Assembly: GCF_004010195.1 (NCBI RefSeq)
Contig: NC_057751.1
Coordinates: 18,615,543 to 18,679,542 of the forward strand
Reading direction: 5' to 3'
Length of the DNA: 64,000 nt
From: Chiloscyllium plagiosum
Lineage: Eukaryota
Shown here: piece by piece, positions 23,933 to 38,900 of the stretch
Layout: each line of letters begins with the position of its first letter
Position numbering within the stretch: the stretch's first letter is position 1
Position numbers and translations under genes: made by a program
The notes under the pieces: model-generated
What the model saw: the letters and a program-made list of their open reading frames with translations, nothing else
The model's database searches: none
Told to the model about the DNA's origin: nothing

Positions 23933-26900
23933 GTAAGAAACCTCATTGATCAGCCCAGGAATGCACTGAAATGACACTAATTATCATTTCATAACAATAA
24001 GTGTGTCCTTTGGTTATATGCACCGAAATTCTGGCTATGAATGTTATATTAAATGCCATAGCTAAGTGTGATGCTTTTCCTTGAAGGATGTATGAATTTG
24101 ATGTATTTGCCCATAATTCTGAATGTAACTTGCCAGTTGCGAGCCCAAATAATTAATACATGAGAAAAAGCCTTTTGGGTCAAGAGCATATTATTTGAAT
24201 GTTGTATGTGCATTTTCTCTGGATTTTCAGCTGATGTAGCACATGGATATCATTTGGGATGTGGGTAATGCAGAATTTGGATGAAATTAAATCTGTTTTG
24301 TTTCCTCCGTTTTCTTTAATCACAGATCCACACTTGACAAATATGGAGTTCTTGACACAGTGCAATGAGGACCAGCTGTTCAAATTGACAAAGTTGTACC
24401 GGGACAGACTGGAACAAGCGATTGAAGAAGTCTCGCCTGAAATCAGCGCATTGCTAACGTATGAAAAGCATTTCACTGGACAGGAACATCAGGTAAGTGG
24501 GTGGGTCAGGCAATCTATTTGATTAGTTAAAGGTGGCACAACTACCACAATGTCATGTCTTCGAAATCTCGGGTAAAAAGAAACACAGCAGGAAGAAATT
24601 GAGGTGAAGAAATATTGTGGATCTGAAACTAGGGGCAAAATTAACAGATTTTGCTCTGAAAAGCTTGGTGGGAAATGCAACCGCTCTTCATTTGGGCTTT
24701 TCCACACCCATTTAGTGATCTCAGGGACATTGTGGCTTGAGACCTGTTTTCTGCCCCAAATTGCTTGGTAAATCAGATGGCTGAAAGGTATGTGAAGCCT
24801 TCAATTCCGTAAGCACCTGGGATGCCAGAGCGGATGAGTCGTGGACAGAAGCAGCAGTTGAAAATAGGAGTCCTGAGTGAGGCCCCACCACTGGCATCAA
24901 CCCCTTCTGCTCCTTTAAAAGCCCACTAATTGGCATGAGATGTTAGGAAGGAGGACTTCGCAGAATTGACAGTTTGCGGTTATTGTTTCTGGTGCCCCGT
25001 GTTGTGCAAAGTGATCTATTAAGTTTCATTTCTACTTTGAAACTTTTAGCAGTTTGAAACCTACAAGAAAGGAGGCGGCCATTTGGCCTTTCGAGCCTAC
25101 TCCGGTATTCATCATGATCATGGCTGATTGTCCAACTCAATAGACTAAACCCATTTTCTCTCCATAACCTTTGATTCCGTTCACCCCAAGTGCTATATCT
25201 AGCTGTCTCTTTGAATACATTTAATGTTTTGGCATCAACTATTTCCTGTGGTGATGAATTCCACAGACTCACCACTCTTTGCATGAAAAAGTGTCTCCTC
25301 ATCTTCATCCTAAATAGTCTACCAACGTCCCTGCATCTACCCTGTCCAGTACTGTTAGGATTTTATAAGTCTCTGAGATCAAAACCCCCCCCCACCCACA
25401 TTCATCTGCATTCCAGCAAAAACCATCCTAACCTTCTCAATCTCTCCTGTATGTCAAGTCCCTCCGCCCATGGAATCAGCTTGGTAAACCTTCACTGCAC
25501 TCCCTCGAGAGCAAGAGCATCTCTCCTCAGGAGAGAAGACCAAAACTGCACGCAATATGCGAGGTGTGGTCTCACCAAGGCCCTGTATAACAGCAACAAC
25601 ACATCCCTGCTCCTCTACTCAAAGGGGCGGCAATGTCCTAGTAGTATTATCGCTAGACTGTTAGAATATAGAACAATACAGCACAGAACATGCCCTTCGG
25701 CCCATGATGTTGTGCCGAACATTTGTCCTAGCTTAAGCACCCATCCATGTACCTATCCAATTACCACTTAAAGATCACCAATGATTCTGACTCTGCCACT
25801 CCCACAGGCAGCGCATTCCATTCCCCCACCACTCTCTGGGTAAAGAACCTACCCCTGACATCAGTGACCCAGTTAATGTTCTGGGGACCTGGATGTAAAT
25901 CCCCCCCCCAGCAGATGTTTTAATTTGAACTCAGTAAAATCTGGAAGTAAGAGTCTAATGTTGATTGTGAATCTGTTGTCTAATGAAACCATCTGGTTCA
26001 TTAATGTCCTTCAGGGAAGGAATCTGCTATCCTTTTCCAGTTGGGCCTTCACGTGATTCCAGACCCACAGCAATGTGGATGACTCTTCAATATCCTCTGT
26101 GCAATAAAAGCGGGTTTGGCCAGCAATGCCCTCATCCCATGAATGAAGTAAAAAAAAAACTCTTGCAATGAAGACCGATATCCCATTTGACATTTTTTCT
26201 GCACTGCACCTATATGCTTATTTTCAGCAACTGGTGCTCAAGGACAACCAGGTCCTGCTGCACACTCCCTTCTCCCAATTTACAGTCATTTAAGTAGTAA
26301 TCTGCTGCCTTCATTTGACTTCCAAATGAATAACTTCACATTTATCCAAATTATGTTGCATCTGCCATTGACTTGCCCACTCACTCAACCTGTCCCGATC
26401 GCTGCATCTTCGTCACAGTTTACCCTCCTGCCCAACCAGGTGCCATCTGCAAAATTTGAGATGTCACACTAGTTGGCTCCTGCACATATTAGTCAAGAAA
26501 ACCATTCCATATACACTCCAGGATTTCCTTCTGGGCATTATGGCTAATTAGATTTTGCCCAATCTATGTGCAGATTGAAGTCACCCATCATCACCGCTAT
26601 TCCCTTACCACATGCACCTTAAACAGGAAATTAGAGGTGTATGTGATAAGGGAATATCTGTGATCATGGGTGATATTAATTGGCATATAGATTAGGCAGC
26701 CATGTCTCCATAATCCTAATCATATCATACCCATTTACATCTCTCTGCATGATTAGTTCAGCCACTTTGTTGCAAATGTTCCACACATAAAGGCACAAAG
26801 GCTGTAAGCTTGTCTTTTTAACATTGTCTTGCTTCAAGTATTTTTCTCTGAATTTTGTCCTTGGTTTTTCTGCGTATCACTTTTTTCGTTTTCCCTTTAC

Positions 26901-29900
26901 TAACTACTTGTTTTTGTCCTTGTTCCTTCCTTCCCTGACTCCTTATGTTGGTTTCCAACATCCTGGCATATTAGTTTAAGCCCTCCCCAATGGTCCAGCA
27001 AACACTCCCCCAAGGACATCAGTCCCAGTCCTGCCCAGGTGTAATCTGTCCAGTTTGGTTAGATTAGATTCCCTACAGTGTGGAAACTGGCCCTTCGGCC
27101 TAACAAGTCCAAACCGACCCTCTGAAGAGTAACCCACCCAGACCCATTTCCTTCTGACTAATGCACCTAACACTATGGGCAGTTTAGCATGGCTAATTCA
27201 CCAGACCTGCACATCTTTGGATTGTGGGAGGAAACCGGAGCACCCGGAGGAAACCCACGCAGACACTGGGAGAACATGCAAACTCCACACAGTCAGTCAC
27301 ACGAGGCTGGAATCAAACCTGGGACCCTGGCGCTTTGAGGCAGTAGTGTTGACTATCCTTAATCAATCCTTGCCTATCCAAATACATGTAAATCCTGTCT
27401 CTTAGTATTCTCTCCAACAACTTGCCCGCCACTGATGTCAGGCTCACCGGCCTATAGATCCCTGGCCTTTCCTTACCAGCTTTCTTTATAGTGGCTTCAC
27501 TTTAGCCACCTCCAGTCGTCTGGCACCACAGCTGTGACTATCGGTGATACAAATAGCTTAGCAAGGGGCACAGCAATCACTCCCCTAGCTTCCCACAGAG
27601 TCCGAGGGTACTGGCAGCTTGATCCATCTTCATGCATTTTATGACATCCAGCATTTCCTCTGTGCTATGGACACTTTTTCAAGATATCGCTGTTTATTTC
27701 CCTGCATTCTCTATCCTCCATATCCTTCTCCAGAGTAAACAAGATGCAAAATACTTGCTTAGTATTTCCCCCATTTCCTGCTGCCTTGCTGGTTTTAATG
27801 GCCCTATTCTCTCTAGTTACTTTATTGTCCTTAGTGCACTTATAGAATCCCTTTGAATTATCCTTCACCTTATTTTCCAAAGCTTATACCTAACATCGTG
27901 ATCCTTTCCTTAATTTAAAAAAGACTTTCCTTCGTCATTACATTTAATTCCCCTCCCCAGCAATTGTCGAAATTGCACCTACCTTTCCAAATTCTATATC
28001 GTTTAGTTTTAAACTGAGTTCCTGATCTTGAATCGTCTGCATCCTAAAGATTGCATGATTCTGCCTCCATAAGGCTATTATTGCTCCTATTGTAATCTCA
28101 CAACGAATGAAACTCTCATTCGTGATGGTGCCACCATTAGTTCAAATTATTTAATAGTATTGTTGCTGACCTTCCTCCATCTATCGTAAACTTTGCATCC
28201 AAAATTCTGCCTTTACATTGTTGAATTTGTGTGTTTGATTGACCATGGTCCTCTTGTGACTCCAATTTAAAATTCTCTTCCTGAAGTTTAATTCTATTGG
28301 TGGTGTAAACATCAACTATGTTTAATCTAGTACCTCTTTAAAACCCTCCAACATCAATGGACATCTCTGTTCCTTCTCACTCGCTACACGCTTTCAGATG
28401 ACTGTCACGTTGGCTCAGTTTTGAACACTGCTGCCTCACAGTGCCAGGGACTATGGTTCGATTCCAGCCTCTGGTGACTGTCTGTCTGTGTAGCTTGTAC
28501 ATTCTAACCGGGTCTGTGTGGGTTTCCACTGGGTGCTCTGGTTTCCTCCCACAGTCCAAAGTGTAGTTCAGGGATGTGTAGGTTAAGTGAATTAGCTGTG
28601 AGAAATGCAGGGTTACAGGAATAGAGGAATGGGACTGGAGGATTGGTGTGAACCTGTTGGGCCGAATCTCACTATTGAGATTCTATGATTCAGTCTCCCT
28701 ATTTTCACCTTCCTAGTTGTGTTTGAGATTGAAAATGCAAATTGCGATGATTGTAGGCTTGAATGACGAGAAATTATTCTGTTTTTAAAGGTATTATTAT
28801 ATGGAAACCTTTTGTGTCATGAATTGTGGAAAATTGTGCCTACTTTTGTCTGGGTCTTATTGCACATTGTAAAAGGTGATTGAATCAAGCTTTCATGCCT
28901 AAGAAAAACTTGTAGTGATACAAGGTGCTTTTATCTATAGGACAACCATGTTCCTTTACACCAGGTATCAGTTTATCGAGTGAAGCATTTTCCAGAACAA
29001 GGATCCTTGATCTGAAAAATGAGCTCTGATTTGAATCATGTAACAGGCTTAAAAGCTGAATAATGTTCAGTGCCCAGTCCCTAAGATGTTTACGGAATAT
29101 TGATATGATGGTTAGAATAGATGCTGCCTAATCCAGTGATTGTTTTCTATGCGAACTTGGGAATACCATCACTGAGCAGATCCTTTTTCCTTCTCATTCA
29201 CAGTCTTTACCTCTCATTCGACTCTTCAATATACTTATTGATATGTTTTACAGAAAGTCATTGAACTCGTGGAGAAGGGAAACCAGGCGGACAGTTCCAA
29301 ACTTCTCCTAACTCTTGTGATGGGGAAAGGCTCTGTGGCTCGAAGAATGATGTGGGAATCCTTTGTGAAAATGCACCATAGATTACCAAAGTTGGATAAA
29401 ATACTTAACGAAATACAGGAAATTGGTATGGTTACATTGAATCCAATTTCAGATTGTAATGTTGTAGATTTTGCTAAAATGTTACAAAGATTTGATTTCA
29501 TAAATTTAAATGATTTAAAACAGATTTGGAACAACTTGATAACGTGAACATTGCAAAACGTTTACCTGAAGTCCCCAGCAACCTGAAAGGTAAGAGTTAA
29601 AGCAATGGAGATTTCAAATTGTTTTATTTCACTTCTGAAAATCAGAATGTTTGATCATAGATGTTTGGAATTTCAAAATCTACTAATCAAATGTTCAGAG
29701 CGTGGGAAACTCAATTCAGAATTATTCAGAACCATCCCAAATCCTCAACTATATTGAAGAGATTCAACCTACATGAGAAGCCATAGGAGTTGTATATTGT
29801 TTAAGTGCAGATAGAACAAAGAAAATTTCTAGCCCAGGAACAAGCCCTTCAGCCCTCCAAACCTGAGCTGATCCAAATGTACTGTCTAAACCTGTCAGTC

Positions 29901-32900
29901 AATTCCTAAGCATTTGTACCCCTCTGCTCCCCACCTACTCATGCATCTGTCCAGAGTCCAAATGAATCGACCGTGCCTGCCTCTACCACCTCTGCTGGCA
30001 ACACGTTCCAAACACCCACTACCTTCTGTGTGAAATACTTGCCATGTGTATCACCCTTAAACTTTTCACCTCTCACCTTGAAAGTATGACCTCTTGTTAT
30101 TGAATCCTTCACCCCGGGAAAAAGCTTGTCTCTATCCACCCTGTCTCTACCCTTCATGATTTTGTAAACCTCAATCAGGTGCCCCCTCCATCTTCTTTTT
30201 TCAAGTGAAAATAAACCTAACCTCCTCAACCTCTCTTCATAGCTAGCACCTTCCATAAAAGGCAACATTCTCGTAAACCTTCTCTGCACCCTCGCCAAAG
30301 CATCCACATCCTTTTGGTAATGTGGTGCCCAGAACTGGACACCATGTTCGAAATGCGGCCGAACCAACGTCTTGTACAACTTTAACATGACTTGCCAGCT
30401 CTTATACTCAATACACCAACCAATGAAGGCAAGCATACTATATGCCTTCTTGACCACTCTATCCACCTGTGCAGCAACCTTCAGGGTACAATGGACTTGC
30501 ACTCCCAGATCTCTGTGCCCATCAACTTTTCCCAAGGCTCTTCCATTGTATAATTTGCTCTAGAATTAGACTTGCCAAAATGCATCATCTCACATTTGTC
30601 TGGATTGAAAACCATCTGCCACTTTTCCGCCCAACTCTCCATCCAGTCTATCAATATCCTCCTATATTCTCTGACAGTCCCTTATGCTTTCTGCTCCTCC
30701 ACCAATCTTTGTCATCTGCAAATTTGCTGATCATGCCAACAGTGCCCTCTTCTAGGTCATTTATGTATATTACAAACAGTGGCTCCAATACTGATCCCTG
30801 TGGAACAACACTTGTCACCTTTCTCCATTTTGAGAAATTCCCTTCAACTCCTACTCTGTCTCCTGTTGCTCAACCTGTTCTTTATCCACCTAGTTAGAAC
30901 ACCCTGCACACCATGTGACTTCACTTTCTCCATTAGTCTACAATGGGGAACGTTATCAAACACCTTACTAAACTCCATGTATATGACATCAACAGTCCTT
31001 CCTTCATCGTCCAACTTGGTCACTTCCTCGAAGAACTCCATCAAGCTGGTAAGGCACGATCTCCCCTGCACAAAACCATGTTGCCCATCACTGACCACCT
31101 CATTCCTTTCCAAATAAATAGATCCTATCTCTCAGTACCCTCTCCAGCAACTTCCCTACCACCGACGTCAGGCTCACTGGTCTGTAGTTACCCTTGTACA
31201 GGGGGACAACATGAGCAATCTTCCAGTCCTCCAACATCTCGCCTGTATTTAAGGATGCCACAAAGATATCAGTCAGGGCCCCAGCTATTTTCCCTCTCGC
31301 CTCCCTCAGCAACCTTGGATAAATCCCATCCAGTCCTGGGTATTTGTCTACCTTAATAACCTCTAGCATACCCAACACATGTTCCCTACTTATGCCAACG
31401 CGATCTGGACTAATCAAACTTCTATCTCTAATCTCATGATTCATCATGTTCCTCTCCTGAGTGAACATTGATGCAAAATACTCATTCAGAATCTCACCCA
31501 TTCTGTCAGGTTCAGCACACAGCCTTCCTTCCTTATCTTTTAGTGGACCAATCCTTTCTCTAGTTACCCGCTTGCTGCTTATATAAGAATAAAATGCTTT
31601 GGGATTTTCCTTAACTCTGCTTGCTAAAGCTATTTCATGACCCCTTTTAGCCTGCTTGATTCCTTGTTTAAGACTTGTCCTACTCTTCCGGTATTCCTCC
31701 AGGGCCCGTTCTGTTCTTAGCTGCCTCAACATTATGTTGAGGCAGCTTCCCTTTTCGTCTTGGCTAGTTGTGCAATTTATCCTGTCATCTGCAGTTCATG
31801 AATCTTGCCCTTCCTATCCTTTGCCTTCAACGGGACATGCCTATCCTGCACTGCCATTAGCCTATCTTTGAAAGCTTCCCACATCTCAGATGTGGACTTC
31901 CCTTCAAAGAGCTGTGTCCAATCCACATTTCCCAGCTCCTGTCTAATTTTGATATAATTGGCCTTGGTCCAGTTTAGCACTCTTCCCTTAGGTCTATTCT
32001 CCTCTTTATCTACGAGTATTATAAAACGTACAGAATTGTGGTCACTGTTCCCAAAGAAATACAATTTCTATCATTTGTCCTGGCTCGATCCCCAGTACCA
32101 GGTCCAATATGGCCCCTTCCCTCGTCGGACTATTGACATACTGCTCTAGAAAACCCTCCTGGACGCTTCGTACAAATTCTACTCCATCCAGACCTCTGAC
32201 GCTAAGTGTATCCCAGTCAATGTTGGAAAAATTAAAATCTCCCATCGCCACTACCCTATTGCCTCTATATCTATTCATAATCTGTTTACCTATTTGTTTT
32301 TCTACCTCACGCTCACTGTTGGGAGGTCTGTAATACAGCCCCAACAATGTAACTGCACCCTTCTTATTTCACAGCTCCACCCATAATGCCTCACTATCCA
32401 AGACCGCCATAGTATCCTCCTTTAGCACAACCATCATATCGTCCCTGACCAGCAATGCAACTCCACCCCCTCTTTTACTTCCCTCCCTTTCCTGTCTGAA
32501 GTGTCTATATCCTGGAGCATTTAGTTGCCAATCATCATCTCCTTCCTTCAACCAAGTCTGTGTGATAGCAATAATGTCATACTCCCAGGCACCAATCCAA
32601 GCCCTAAGTTCATCTGCCTTACACAGTATACTCCTTGCATTAAGATGTTGCAATATTTCACCAAATCAAACAGTCATGATAAACAACTTTAAATCTTACG
32701 TACGAGAACATAGACACTACAACGCAGAACAGGCCCTTCGTCCCTTGATGTTGCGCCGACCTGTGAACTATTCTGAGCTCCTCCCCCTACACTATCTCAA
32801 AATCACCCATGTGCTTATCTAAGGATTGTTTAAATCTCCCTAATGTGGCTGAGTTGACTATATTAGCAGGTAGGGCATTCCACACCCTTACCACTCTCTG

Positions 32901-35900
32901 CGTACAGGACTTGCTTCTGACATCTGTCTTAAATCTAAACCCCACTTTCTATCTGTTCTAATTAAAGGTGTTCAGGAAAAACACAAGGAAGTACTCCGGG
33001 TACAAACTCAAACACTGCAAGTGAGCACAATCATAATAAAGGAGAAGGTGAAGACTTTCCAGCTGGTTGATCGATATACTGAGCTAACAGTCATCTCTGC
33101 TCTTCGAGATCGGAAACTTGTAGAGCATGAATTGCTGGCAAGAGGTCGAGACCATGAGGAGTGGAGAGAGAAACATCTCCGGAGAGAACTGGAAAAAATT
33201 CCAGTCGATTGCTTGTTCCAGAGCAGTTTTTCCTGGATAGGATTTTTGGTCCAGAAATTAAAGAAATGGTTTTGGCAATCCAATTTCGGGAGTTCAGCAG
33301 TAGTGAGTGGAGTCCCAGGGATTGGAAAAACAACAATGGTGCAGAAGATTGTTCATGACTGGGCCATTGGGAAAATATACCCACACTTTCAATTTGTTTT
33401 CAGCTTTAAATTCCGGCACTTAAACACTTATAACGGCAGGGTTAACCTGAGGAATCTGATACTGGATGAGTATCCTTACTTTGAGAATGTTCTGGGAGAG
33501 CTCTGGAAGAACCCAGAGGGTTTGCTTTTTATATTTGATGGTTTGGATGAATTCAAGGAGAGGATCGATTTTGCTGGCCATCAGAGAAGCACAGCACCTC
33601 AGCACATGTGCACAGACCCTGAAAGCTGGTGTGAGATGTCTGACATTGTGTACAGTTTAATTCAGCACAAGCTGCTCCCAGGATGTTCAGTGTTAGTGAC
33701 CACTCGTCCCACTGCATTACATTTATTGGAAGTGGCTGAGGTCAGTGTCTGGGCTGAAATCCTGGGATTTGTTGGTGATGAGCAGAAGGAATACTTCAAC
33801 AAGTTTTATGAAGATAAGAAAGTGGCAGCAGCTGTTTTCAAACACTTGAAGGAGAATGAGATCCTGTCCACTATGTGCTATAACCCTTCATACTGCTGGA
33901 TCCTTGGTCTGTCACTGGGTTCCTTCTTCACGCAAAGAGGCAGGAAACAGCAGCATGTTCCCAGGACCATCACTCAGCTATATTCCTACTATATTTATAA
34001 CGTTCTGGAAAACCATGGCCGAGAGATTGAAAACCCTCGTGAGGTGTTACTGAAGCTTGGTGAGATGGCCTTTGCTGGAGTCTCTGAGAAGACAATTGTG
34101 TTTACAAATGAAGATTTGATCCAGTACAACCTCCAGCCCTCCCAGTTCCTGTCTGGTTTCCTGATGGAACTTTTGGAGAGAGATGATTCTGTTCGCAGCA
34201 TAGTTTACACTTTCCCGCACCTCACCATCCAAGAATTCATAGCTGCGTTGGCACAGTTCCTCACTTCAGATTCTGGGAACATACAGGAACTCCTCAGTGA
34301 AGCCCATAGCAAGGAAGATGGGCGCTTTGAGATATTTCTCCGTTTTGTTATTGGTCTGTCTTCTCAGTCAGCCAGGCCCCTGGAGAAGCTCCTTGGTCCA
34401 TTTTGTCATGCGACAATCTGTCAAGTGATTGCTTGGGTGAAGGAGAAGGTTGAGGAACAGATTAAAAACGCAGCAAGTAAACCTGATCAAACCAACCTGT
34501 TGAACACATTGCACTACATGTTTGAGTCTCAGAATAAGAAACTGCTTCAGGAAATTGTGGAATCTGCAGAAATATTTAATTTACGTGGACTGAGACTGAC
34601 TCCGATTGACTATCTGGTCCTATCCAGTGTCTTTGAATTCTGTGATTGGGTTAGAAAACTCGACCTGCGGAATTGTTACATTAAGTGCGAAGGATTGCAG
34701 CGGCTGGATTCCATACTCCACAAATGTCGTGTGTTGAGGTAATGCTTTCTTTATACCTACCTGTTCAGCAAATTATTGAAAAGGCATGTTTTGAATTAAT
34801 TCTCTGGGTACAGTCCTTCGACCCTGAGACTGCACCTTCCAAACCCACAACCACTTCAATGTAGAAGGACGCGAGCAGCAGATACATGGAACACCACCCC
34901 TTGAAAGTTCCTCTCCAAGCCACTCAGCATCCTGACTTGGAAGTATAACACCATTCCATCACTGTTGCTGGGTCAAAACCCTGGAATTCATTCCCTAAGG
35001 TTATTGTGGGTCACCTTCCAGCAGGTGGACTGCAGTGGTTCAAGAAGGCAGCACACCACCACCTTGTCTGGGCAGAAGTGAGTCCTGCTGGAGATCAGAG
35101 TAGAGATTAGAGTGGTGCTGGAAAAGCACAGAACATCAGGCAGCATCCGAGGAGCAGGAAAATCGCCATTTTGGGCAAAAGCCCTTCACCCTGTCCTGAT
35201 GAAGGGCTGTTGCCTGAAATGTCGATTTTTCCTGCTCCTTGGATGCTGTCTGACAGACTGTGCTTTTCCGGCACCGCCTCATCGAAACCACTTTCTCTAA
35301 GGCAACAAGGTACGGGCAATAAGATGCTGGTTCAGCCTGTGATGTGCATGTCACGCGAGTGAATAATAAAATAAAATCTAGTCTGGCTTAGCCAGACAGT
35401 GGCTGGAAACAAACAAGTGGATGGCTGGAGGGAAAACCACGGTATCGTGGTGCAGGAAGTTACTCTGGAAAGAGACAGTCCATTAGGCAGATTAGAAAGA
35501 CAGTGTTGGTGGGTGACTCACTGTTTTGCAGGATAAGCATTTTAGCTTGCAGCCAAGATAGTGAATCTGGTATGATCCCTTACCCTCTGGGTGCAAGGAT
35601 CTGTGACATAACTGAAAAATGTTTGGAAAGTATGTTTGAGCAACCAGGATACCTCTCCAGGGTGGCACAGCAAGGGAGACATTTCTGCCATGTGTGCAGG
35701 AGAACTTTCTGGAACAGTACATTTCCAGTTCTACGAGGGAGGGAAGGTGGGAGCTATGCTGAATCTGATCCAAGGAAACGAGGCAGGCCAAGTGGAGGAT
35801 GTCAGAGGAGGGAGTATTTGGGGAAAAAGTGATCATAATATAATAATCAATGTTAAGTTAGAAAAGATAAAAACCAGTCAAGGATTAAGACCCCTGAGTA

Positions 35901-38900
35901 GAAATCAGCAGATTTTGTACCAGAGCTAGTTGATTGGAAATACACTTTTGTGGATAAAACAGGGGATGAGAAGGGGAGATTTTCAGAAAGGAGATGAATC
36001 GAGAGCACCCTAGGTCCATACCCATGAGAAATAAATATGGGGCATCCAAGTCTGCAAGACCATCGATAATGAAGGATATTGTTGAGAAAATAAGAAATAA
36101 AAACGCGATAAACTGCATTCTGGAATAACAATAGCAATAGAAATCAGGAAGAGTATTTCAGAGTCGGAAGGCTGAACTAAGGAAGGCTTAAGAGGAAGCA
36201 TGAGAAAAAGATCTCAAGCTGCGCGAAAACAAATGGTGCAATATTCTCCAAACATATCAACAGTGAAAGATTAGTGAATGATAGTGGGGTCCATAAGGAT
36301 CAAGCAAGGTCAGTCTGGCAGAGATAGTAAATGGGTATGTTGCTTCTGTGAAGTGGCGGGAAGCTAACAGGTGCCAAATATGTAGGAGGAGACCTCACCA
36401 GGTGGAGAATGGGATGGATCCTAGATTGCAATGAACATCTTTGACAGGGTAAGGAAAGATATTCTGTTTCCACTAGTAGTATTGCCAGTAACTAGGGATC
36501 AAAATTTCAAGATTAACAGCAAGAGAGCTAAGAGTCAGATGAGAAACTTCTTTCCTCAGAAGATTTAGAATATGCTGCCTGGGAGAGTGTTTGAGACAGA
36601 TTCCATAGGAGGATCGAAAAGAGACTCTATATATATTTGAAAGTGATTCATTTAGAGGCTACAGAATTTGGTTGCAGAATGTGACTAGCTGGATAGCTCT
36701 TTCAGGAGCTGGTACAGACACAGTTGAATGTGCAGTACAGTACAATTCTATAATTCTAATTAGTAATTTTGTGATGAATAATAAAAGAATCAGCTACTAA
36801 TTCCCTCGGGTGGGAGAATCTAAAATGGATCTTTGCGAACGTTTCAGAATATTTTGGTCCATTGTAAAATCATCTGACTTATAGAAAAGAAGAATTGCAA
36901 AATTCCTCCAACATGGAAGTATTTACATGCTAAGTTTTAGTATATTAATTTTGATCATCAAATCGAACTAGGCTGAGGGCTATTCAAAGGATTTGAAAAA
37001 ACGCATAAGTGATGGTGTTTTTTTAAATATATAGGTAGTTGTATGGAGCAATATTGTTTGCCAGTGACAGGAAATGTTATCATTATCTTTTGAACTCGCT
37101 TTGATATGGTTGGCAACATTCATGACAAACAAATACTACACTTCTGAAGAAGTGTCATACTGGATTTGAAATGTTAACTTGCTTACACTCTCGTGCACTC
37201 TGTCCCGCACTGACTCGCACTCCCATTCTCTCATGCTGTCTCTCGCTGTCTCGCGCTCGGGTGCTCTCCCTCAAGCTCTCCATGGATGCTGCTCGACCTG
37301 CTGAGCTTCTCCAGCAATTCAGATATCCAGCATCTGCAGTATATTGCTGTTAAGTTTTATTCAAGTTTTGATTTAACTTGTTTATGACTCTTGTTTTTAG
37401 ACTGAGTTTTAATGAACTTGGAGATTCAGGAATGAAACTACTGTCTGTAGTTCTGAGGAAGCCAGACTGTAAAATACAAGAACTGGGGTAAGTGAAAGAT
37501 TATTTGGAATTGTTTACTAAGAACTGGATGCTGGACAAAGTGCACAGTAACCATACATGCAAACCCATGAATTAGGAGCCAGAGTCATCCATTAGGCTCA
37601 TCAAGCCTGCCCACCATTCAGTAAGAGTATGACTGATCTGTTTGTGCTTTCAACTCCACATTTCATCCTACCCTCTAATAATCTGTGTCTCCCTAGTCAA
37701 TCGAGATTCATTTACCTCTGCCTCAAAAATATTCACTCTTATTTCCTCCAATGCTTCCTGAGGAAGTTCGTTCCAAAGAATCATGAGCCTCTGAGAGAAA
37801 CAAAATTCCTGACTTCCATCCTAAACTAGAGGCCCCTAATTTTTAATCTGTATGCATTTTTCCACAAGGAGGCACATCCCTTTAGCGCACAACTTATCAG
37901 TTTCCTCAGGGTATAATATGTTTCAATAAGGTCGCCTTTGGTTATTATAACCTCCAATGGATATAGGCCCAGCCTTTCAGTCAAGTGAACCTTATTTGAG
38001 AAGTGAACCTTCTCTGAAAGGTTTCTGAAGTATTTACATCCTTTCATAAATAAGAGAACTATTACTTCAGATGTTTTCTCACCAATGCAATGTACAAGTG
38101 TAGCATAATGTTTCTACTTCTCTTATCCATTCCCCTTATAATAAACAACGTACCATTTGCCATCTTAATCACTTGCTGTTCCTACGCTCTACCGTTTTGT
38201 GATTTGTGTTAAGAGACTCTCTAAACTTTATTATGTCAGAGTTCTGTAGTTTCTCTCCACTTAAGTATTTATTCTTCATGGTTACCCACATTACACTCCA
38301 TCTGCCAACGTTTTTGCCTTATGAACCTGCCTTTGCAAATTACTTCTGTCTCTTACCAACTTACTTAGCTACAAATCTCTATGTGTTTGATTCCTACATC
38401 TAAATTATGAATGCAAGTCAAAATCAGTTTATCACATTGTCCCGACCATTAGGCAATGATGCTTAATGCCTACTTTTTGCTGAATCATAAGCAATTCTCT
38501 ACGCATGCTAATATACAACAACAATCTGTCATGTCGCGTTTTAACCTTTTGCCTTGTCTGATATCTTTTGGAAATCTGCGTAGAGCCATCTATAGGTTTT
38601 GTCTTTATCTGTGCTTAGTTTATTGGAGTCTTTGGAAAAGAGATCAAAGGATCAACAACATTGCTGTGGGTCTGGAGTCACATGTAGGCTAGGCCAGCAC
38701 ATTTCCTTCCATTTAAGGCTGTTGGTGAACCCCATGACCCCAGAACATTAGCCAGTGCCTGGTCCAAGTGCTGGTCCAGTGCCTACACTACTAGGCCACT
38801 GTCTTCCCCTAAACATTGTTCTACCCTTTATAAGATTTGGTTTGAGTGTGGTGCTGCAAAAGCTCAACAGGTCGGGCAGCATCCGAGAAGTAGGAGAATC

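Noticed and set aside
25190..25771. 193-aa plus-strand ORF inside the NLR intron
   Set aside because: It is the antisense reading of CR1 sequence run through a SINE and a second CR1 tip; a chimeric chance ORF.
33021..34742. Treating the 573-aa ORF as a standalone single-exon gene
   Set aside because: Its GTG start and TAA stop are artefacts; splice sites at 32968 and 34738 link it in phase to flanking exons.
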